Source: Gemmatimonadales bacterium
GTDB lineage: Bacteria; Gemmatimonadota; Gemmatimonadetes; Gemmatimonadales; GWC2-71-9
Assembly (NCBI GenBank): GCA_037189525.1
Contig: JBBCJC010000011.1
Span: 1 to 64,000, forward strand
Reading direction: 5' to 3'
DNA: 64,000 bases
Within the stretch, counting starts at the first letter, position 1. The number at the start of each line of letters is the position of its first letter. The position numbers were made by a program, and so were the translations under genes. Below the pieces are notes generated by a model. The model had not been told where the DNA came from. It ran no database searches and was given only the letters and a program-made list of their open reading frames with translations. Positions 60,288 through 64,000 of the stretch are shown piece after piece.

Positions 60288-61337
60288 TCAGTCCAGTTCC
60301 GCGATTCGCCGCGCGACATCGGCCACGTCGTGCGACGCGCTGAGCCGAGCGAATACCGATCCCGCTGCCTCATAACTCGCCTTCGCTTCCGCCAGACGAC
60401 TCGTCGCGGCCAACAGGTCGCCTAACTCGCGGCGAGCTTCACCGTCGGTAAGCGGTGTCTGACTGCGGTCTGCCATCGCCACCGCGGCCTTGAGGAACGA
60501 CTCGGCCGAATCGAAACGGTTGAGCGAGGCGTGAATGCGTCCCAGGATCCGGCAAGCGCCGGCCAAATCGACCAGCGTGCCGGTCTGGAGGAAGACGGCG
60601 TACGCGCCGGTGGCATCGTCCAGTGCGCGATCGAACGCTCCTTCGGCATGGAGAAGCTCGGCGCGATTGAGATGGCAGAGGCCCGTCAGGCGCCCGTCGC
60701 CTGCCCGTTCGGCGGCGGCCAGCCCTTCGCCGAAATGCTGGTGAGCCGTGTCGGTGTGACCGCGATCGGATGCGATCATGGCCAGGTTGTGATGGACCAT
60801 GGCCAACCCCGCGGCATCCTCGTGGCGCGCCAGGCAACTCAACGCTCTCCGGTAGTGCGCTTCCGCGTCGTCCCAGCGTCCCTGGATGCTGGCGACGATG
60901 CCCAGGTTCTGCTCGATTCGCCCGGCGAGGTCGTCGGGGATGCCGTCGATCGCCAGGGCGTCGAGGAAGCTTTCCGTGGCGTGTTCGAGGTCGCCCATTT
61001 CGAGCTGGATGCAGCCGATGGTATTGCTCGTCTCGACTCGGAGGCGGCTCTGGTTGGTGCGGAGCGCGCAGTTGCGGCTCCGCTCGGCCAGACTGCGGGC
61101 GTCTCCCGGATAGCCGGCGCGGAAGCGAAGCTCCGCCAGGCGCCGTAACGCATCGGCTTCGACGGCGGCATTGCCTTCGTCATGCGCTGCGGTTGCCGCG
61201 CGGGCGAACTGTTCCGAGGCGCGTTCGAATCGGCCGGCTGCCAGCAGCAGGAGTCCGTCCTCGACCATGGCAGACGCAGGTTCTGCCTTCCATGGCGCGG
61301 TGGCCATGCTCTCGGTCGAGTCGAATCGGTCGATCAC
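60288..61337 (-). CDS. Stand-alone tetratricopeptide repeat protein
   Basis: GGAGG RBS; repeats such as NLGIVASIQGRWDDA and HNLAMIASDRG. Confidence 0.87.
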   Translation of the reverse strand: MIDRFDSTESMATAPWKAEPASAMVEDGLLLLAAGRFERASEQFARAATAAHDEGNAAVEADALRRLAELRFRAGYPGDARSLAERSRNCALRTNQSRLRVETSNTIGCIQLEMGDLEHATESFLDALAIDGIPDDLAGRIEQNLGIVASIQGRWDDAEAHYRRALSCLARHEDAAGLAMVHHNLAMIASDRGHTDTAHQHFGEGLAAAERAGDGRLTGLCHLNRAELLHAEGAFDRALDDATGAYAVFLQTGTLVDLAGACRILGRIHASLNRFDSAESFLKAAVAMADRSQTPLTDGEARRELGDLLAATSRLAEAKASYEAAGSVFARLSASHDVADVARRIAELD

Positions 61338-61463
61338 TGTTGCCCTCCCATTCGCGCCGCGTTCTCGGATTGCGCCGTGGCTTCTGCCGTCGTGCGTTCA
61401 CGGGGCAACGCGGGTGCCGCATCCGACGCACAACCCGCTATCTCGCGCCGATTGGCCCGCAAC

Positions 61464-61482
61464 TAGGGCCATTCGGCCCTAT
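61464..61482. repeat. 19-bp palindromic motif, copy 2
   Basis: TAGGGCCATTCGGCCCTAT. Confidence 0.85.
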
Positions 61483-61861
61483 CGCGATCGACTGAACCGG
61501 CGGATTCATGAAGGTCCGATGATGTGGCCGTCATAGATGAAAACGAGATGATGCAGGCCTCACGATAAAGTGCGAGTGCAGTTGTCGCGAATTGCTGGCG
61601 CGCCATGCAAACTTCGCCGCCGAATCGGAAGTGCGGCCGGGCTCGTCGTTTTGCGGCTCTCTAGGTACGCATTGAGCGAAGACGTAGCCTACGCCGGACA
61701 TCTTCTCTCTGCGGAGCCTGGCCGATCGGACCTGCGTGGCACACCGGTTGCGCCTGGTGCGATCGATGCGCTGCCCTCCCGCTGGTGCGGACACGGCGGC
61801 AGCCGACCACCCGCTCTAGGGAATGGGACGGCGTGATTCCGGACTTCGTCAGGAGGTGTGC

Positions 61862-62362
61862 GTGCGATCGAAACGATGGATCGGACTGGTCGTTCTCGTC
61901 ATGGCCGTGGGCGCTGCCCAGCGCGCCGTGGCGCAGAACTCTGCCAATGCGAGTGTCACTGCCAGCGTGCAACAGCCGATCACGGTAACGGCGACGGCCG
62001 ATCTGGACTTCGGGTTGGTGTTTCCCGGTCTCGATCGCACCATCGCCGTTACCGACGGCGGCGCGGCGCGTTTCACGGTGCAGGGACAGCAGAGCGCGAA
62101 CATCAACATCACGTTCACCCTGCCGGCCAACATTACCAGCGGAGCGAACAATCTCCCGATCTCGAGTTGGCAGGGCCGGCACAACAGCTCCAATACGCCG
62201 GCCTCCGGAACGGACTTCGTCCCGGCGCCGACCGCGACCTCGACATCGATTCCTGGCGGCGGCTTCCTCTATGTATTCGTTGGCGCCACCGCGCAGCCAT
62301 CGGTGTCGCAGGCGGCGGGGACCTACACCGGAACCATGACGATGACCGTGGTGTACTTCTGA
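61862..62362 (+). CDS. Secreted pilin-like protein (DUF4402-like)
   Basis: AGGAGG RBS, signal peptide, DLDFG, YVFVGAT, QAAGTYTGTMTMTVVYF. Confidence 0.8.
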   Translation: MRSKRWIGLVVLVMAVGAAQRAVAQNSANASVTASVQQPITVTATADLDFGLVFPGLDRTIAVTDGGAARFTVQGQQSANINITFTLPANITSGANNLPISSWQGRHNSSNTPASGTDFVPAPTATSTSIPGGGFLYVFVGATAQPSVSQAAGTYTGTMTMTVVYF

Positions 62363-62365
62363 CCG

Positions 62366-63190
62366 ATGTGGCGCCTTCGTCTCGTCTCCCTGCTTGCCGC
62401 GGCGTTTCCGGCATCACTTGCCGCGCAGGCCGTGCTGATTGCGCCGCAAGCCGTGGTGGTCGATCGGGGCCAGCGCGCCGGAACCTTCACGGTCGTCAAC
62501 ATCGGTGAGGATCGGGTCGAGGTCGATCTGTCGACGCTCTACGGCGTTCCGGTTACGGATTCGGTCGGAAACCTGCTCCTCGACACCAAGACGCCGCTGA
62601 CCGATTCGACCCCGTCGGCGGCTGCCTGGATCGAGATGTTTCCGCGCCGCTTTGCCCTCGAACCCGGTGCGCGGCGAACGGTGCGTCTCCTGGTGCGCCC
62701 GCCCGACGGTGTCCCTGATCGGGAGTACTGGGCCCGTCTGGTCGTGGCATCCCGCGCGGTGCCACGTGCTGCTCCAGTCGCTGCGGCAGAGGCGGTCAAT
62801 GTGGCGATCACCCTGGAAGTCAGGAGCGTCTTTCCGTTCCTCTTTCGAAAGGGCAGTGTCGCGACGGCGCTCGAACTTGGCGAACCGACCGCCGTGCGCG
62901 GAGCCGATTCGATCACCGTACGCGTTCCGCTTACTCGTCGCGGCAACGCGGCCTGGGTTGGAACCGTGCGTGCAACGGTCGAGGACAAGAGCGGCCGAGT
63001 GGTGCGTGAAGCCGAGCTGCCGCTGGGGGTCTATCACAGTCTGCACCCGCGTCTGGTGATGTCGGCGGCTGACCTGCCCGATCGGGACTACCTGGTTCGG
63101 GTCGAGGCCATCGGCAAGCGGAGCGATCTGCCCGCCTCGTTCGTGTTGCCGACCGCGCCGGTCCGACGGGTGGTGGAGCTCCGCCGGTGA
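62366..63190 (+). CDS. Periplasmic pilus chaperone-like protein (PapD-like)
   Basis: Signal peptide, FTVVN, WIEMFPRRFALEPG..RTVRL, EYWARL, GNAA. Confidence 0.75.
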   Translation: MWRLRLVSLLAAAFPASLAAQAVLIAPQAVVVDRGQRAGTFTVVNIGEDRVEVDLSTLYGVPVTDSVGNLLLDTKTPLTDSTPSAAAWIEMFPRRFALEPGARRTVRLLVRPPDGVPDREYWARLVVASRAVPRAAPVAAAEAVNVAITLEVRSVFPFLFRKGSVATALELGEPTAVRGADSITVRVPLTRRGNAAWVGTVRATVEDKSGRVVREAELPLGVYHSLHPRLVMSAADLPDRDYLVRVEAIGKRSDLPASFVLPTAPVRRVVELRR

Positions 63191-63666
63191 CCGTCCTGGC
63201 GAGGGCTCGGCGCGGGTGCCTCGCTGTCGCCGTTGCGCTAGCCTCGCCGGTCCGCCTCGATGCGCAAGTCACGCAGCGAGCCAATCTGAATCTGGGTTCG
63301 GTCATCTCCGGTACCACGACCAGCGTTGGACCGGCCGAGGCCGGCGCCGCCAGCTGGCGGATCCATTTCACCCTGCTCGCGGTGCTCCCATCGTTCGAGC
63401 TCACGCTACCCACGCAACTCGATCGGACGGGTGGCGGCGCCAGTATGCCGATTTCGTTCTGCAGCACGTGCGGTCTCTACCGGAACAACAACACCACGCC
63501 CGGCGGCACGACGTTCAACCCGAATACGTCGGTCGGCCTGGGTATCATCTCCCTGGGGACCAACATCTACGTGTGGCTCGGGGGCTCGGTCTCGCCTCCG
63601 CTCAACCAGATGGCCGGCAATTATTCCGGCACCGTGGTCCTCACGCTCTACGGCGTCACGCTCTAG
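63187..63666 (+). CDS. Second pilin-like protein (DUF4402-like)
   Basis: GTGA overlap, signal peptide, YVWLGG, QMAGNYSGTVVLTL; paralog of 61862-62362. Confidence 0.75.
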   Translation: MTVLARARRGCLAVAVALASPVRLDAQVTQRANLNLGSVISGTTTSVGPAEAGAASWRIHFTLLAVLPSFELTLPTQLDRTGGGASMPISFCSTCGLYRNNNTTPGGTTFNPNTSVGLGIISLGTNIYVWLGGSVSPPLNQMAGNYSGTVVLTLYGVTL

Positions 63667-63676
63667 CGGGGCCGCC

Positions 63677-64000
63677 ATGACGGCTCCCGGTAGCAACGCA
63701 TGGCGATGGACATTCGGCTGGCTCGTGCTGAGTATCGGGTGCGGGGCGCCTGGTCCGGTGTCGATGCCAACCCCCGCTCCGGGCTCAGCCGTGGTAGACG
63801 ATACCGGCGACCCCGTCCTGGTCGAAGTGCGGCTGGGGGCGGTGGCGGCGTCGACCATGCCGGGACGCATGGTTCGCGACACTCTCTACCTTCCGGTTGC
63901 CTCCGTGTTCGACCTGCTGGAAATCCGGCGCTCGTCTGATCGTCGCTACCGCTCGCTCGACGACCTGGGGCGGGTCCTCGGAACGGGGCTCAGCTTCGAC
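63677..64000 (+). CDS. Secreted/outer-membrane protein, possible usher-like (partial, runs off right edge)
   Basis: Manual translation open for 108 codons to the edge; LSIGC, VLVEVRLG, LYLPVASVFDLLEI. Confidence 0.55.
   Translation, partial: MTAPGSNAWRWTFGWLVLSIGCGAPGPVSMPTPAPGSAVVDDTGDPVLVEVRLGAVAASTMPGRMVRDTLYLPVASVFDLLEIRRSSDRRYRSLDDLGRVLGTGLSFD

Overview
High-GC bacterial chromosomal window, probably Gemmatimonadota (inferred from the gene set and protein style, not from a marker gene). Layout: (1) 1-15.3 kb is an accessory patchwork with a DEAD-box helicase, hydrolases, a permease, lipoproteins, several broken genes, attC-like hairpin remnants and a 4.3-kb islet bounded by a 26-bp direct repeat. 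(2) 15.4-22.5 kb holds housekeeping genes: gyrB, clpP, msrB, dciA-like, recF, crotonase, glpK. (3) 22.5-34 kb is a four-gene porin-multiheme cytochrome c operon (43 CXXCH plus 2 CX4CH motifs), divergent from a variant ccmE(CxxxY)-ccmF-ccmH cluster flanked by two zinc-ribbon membrane proteins. (4) 34-41.4 kb has a lipoprotein and an ATP-grasp/TPR/Cys-less transglutaminase/ABC operon. (5) uvrA and a DPP-IV peptidase follow. (6) 46.8-49.7 kb has five tandem paralogous small membrane proteins, a CesT/YbjN-like chaperone and pspA, behind an ECF-type promoter. (7) The remainder is a DUF1611 gene, a seven-gene two-component cluster, a TPR gene and the start of a DUF4402/chaperone pilus-like operon. 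No rRNA, tRNA, CRISPR array, integrase or transposase was recognised. The best candidates for undescribed systems are the porin-cytochrome conduit with a 20-heme NrfH-headed protein, the five-paralog Psp module, and the repeat-bounded islet with a 21-nt periodic tract.
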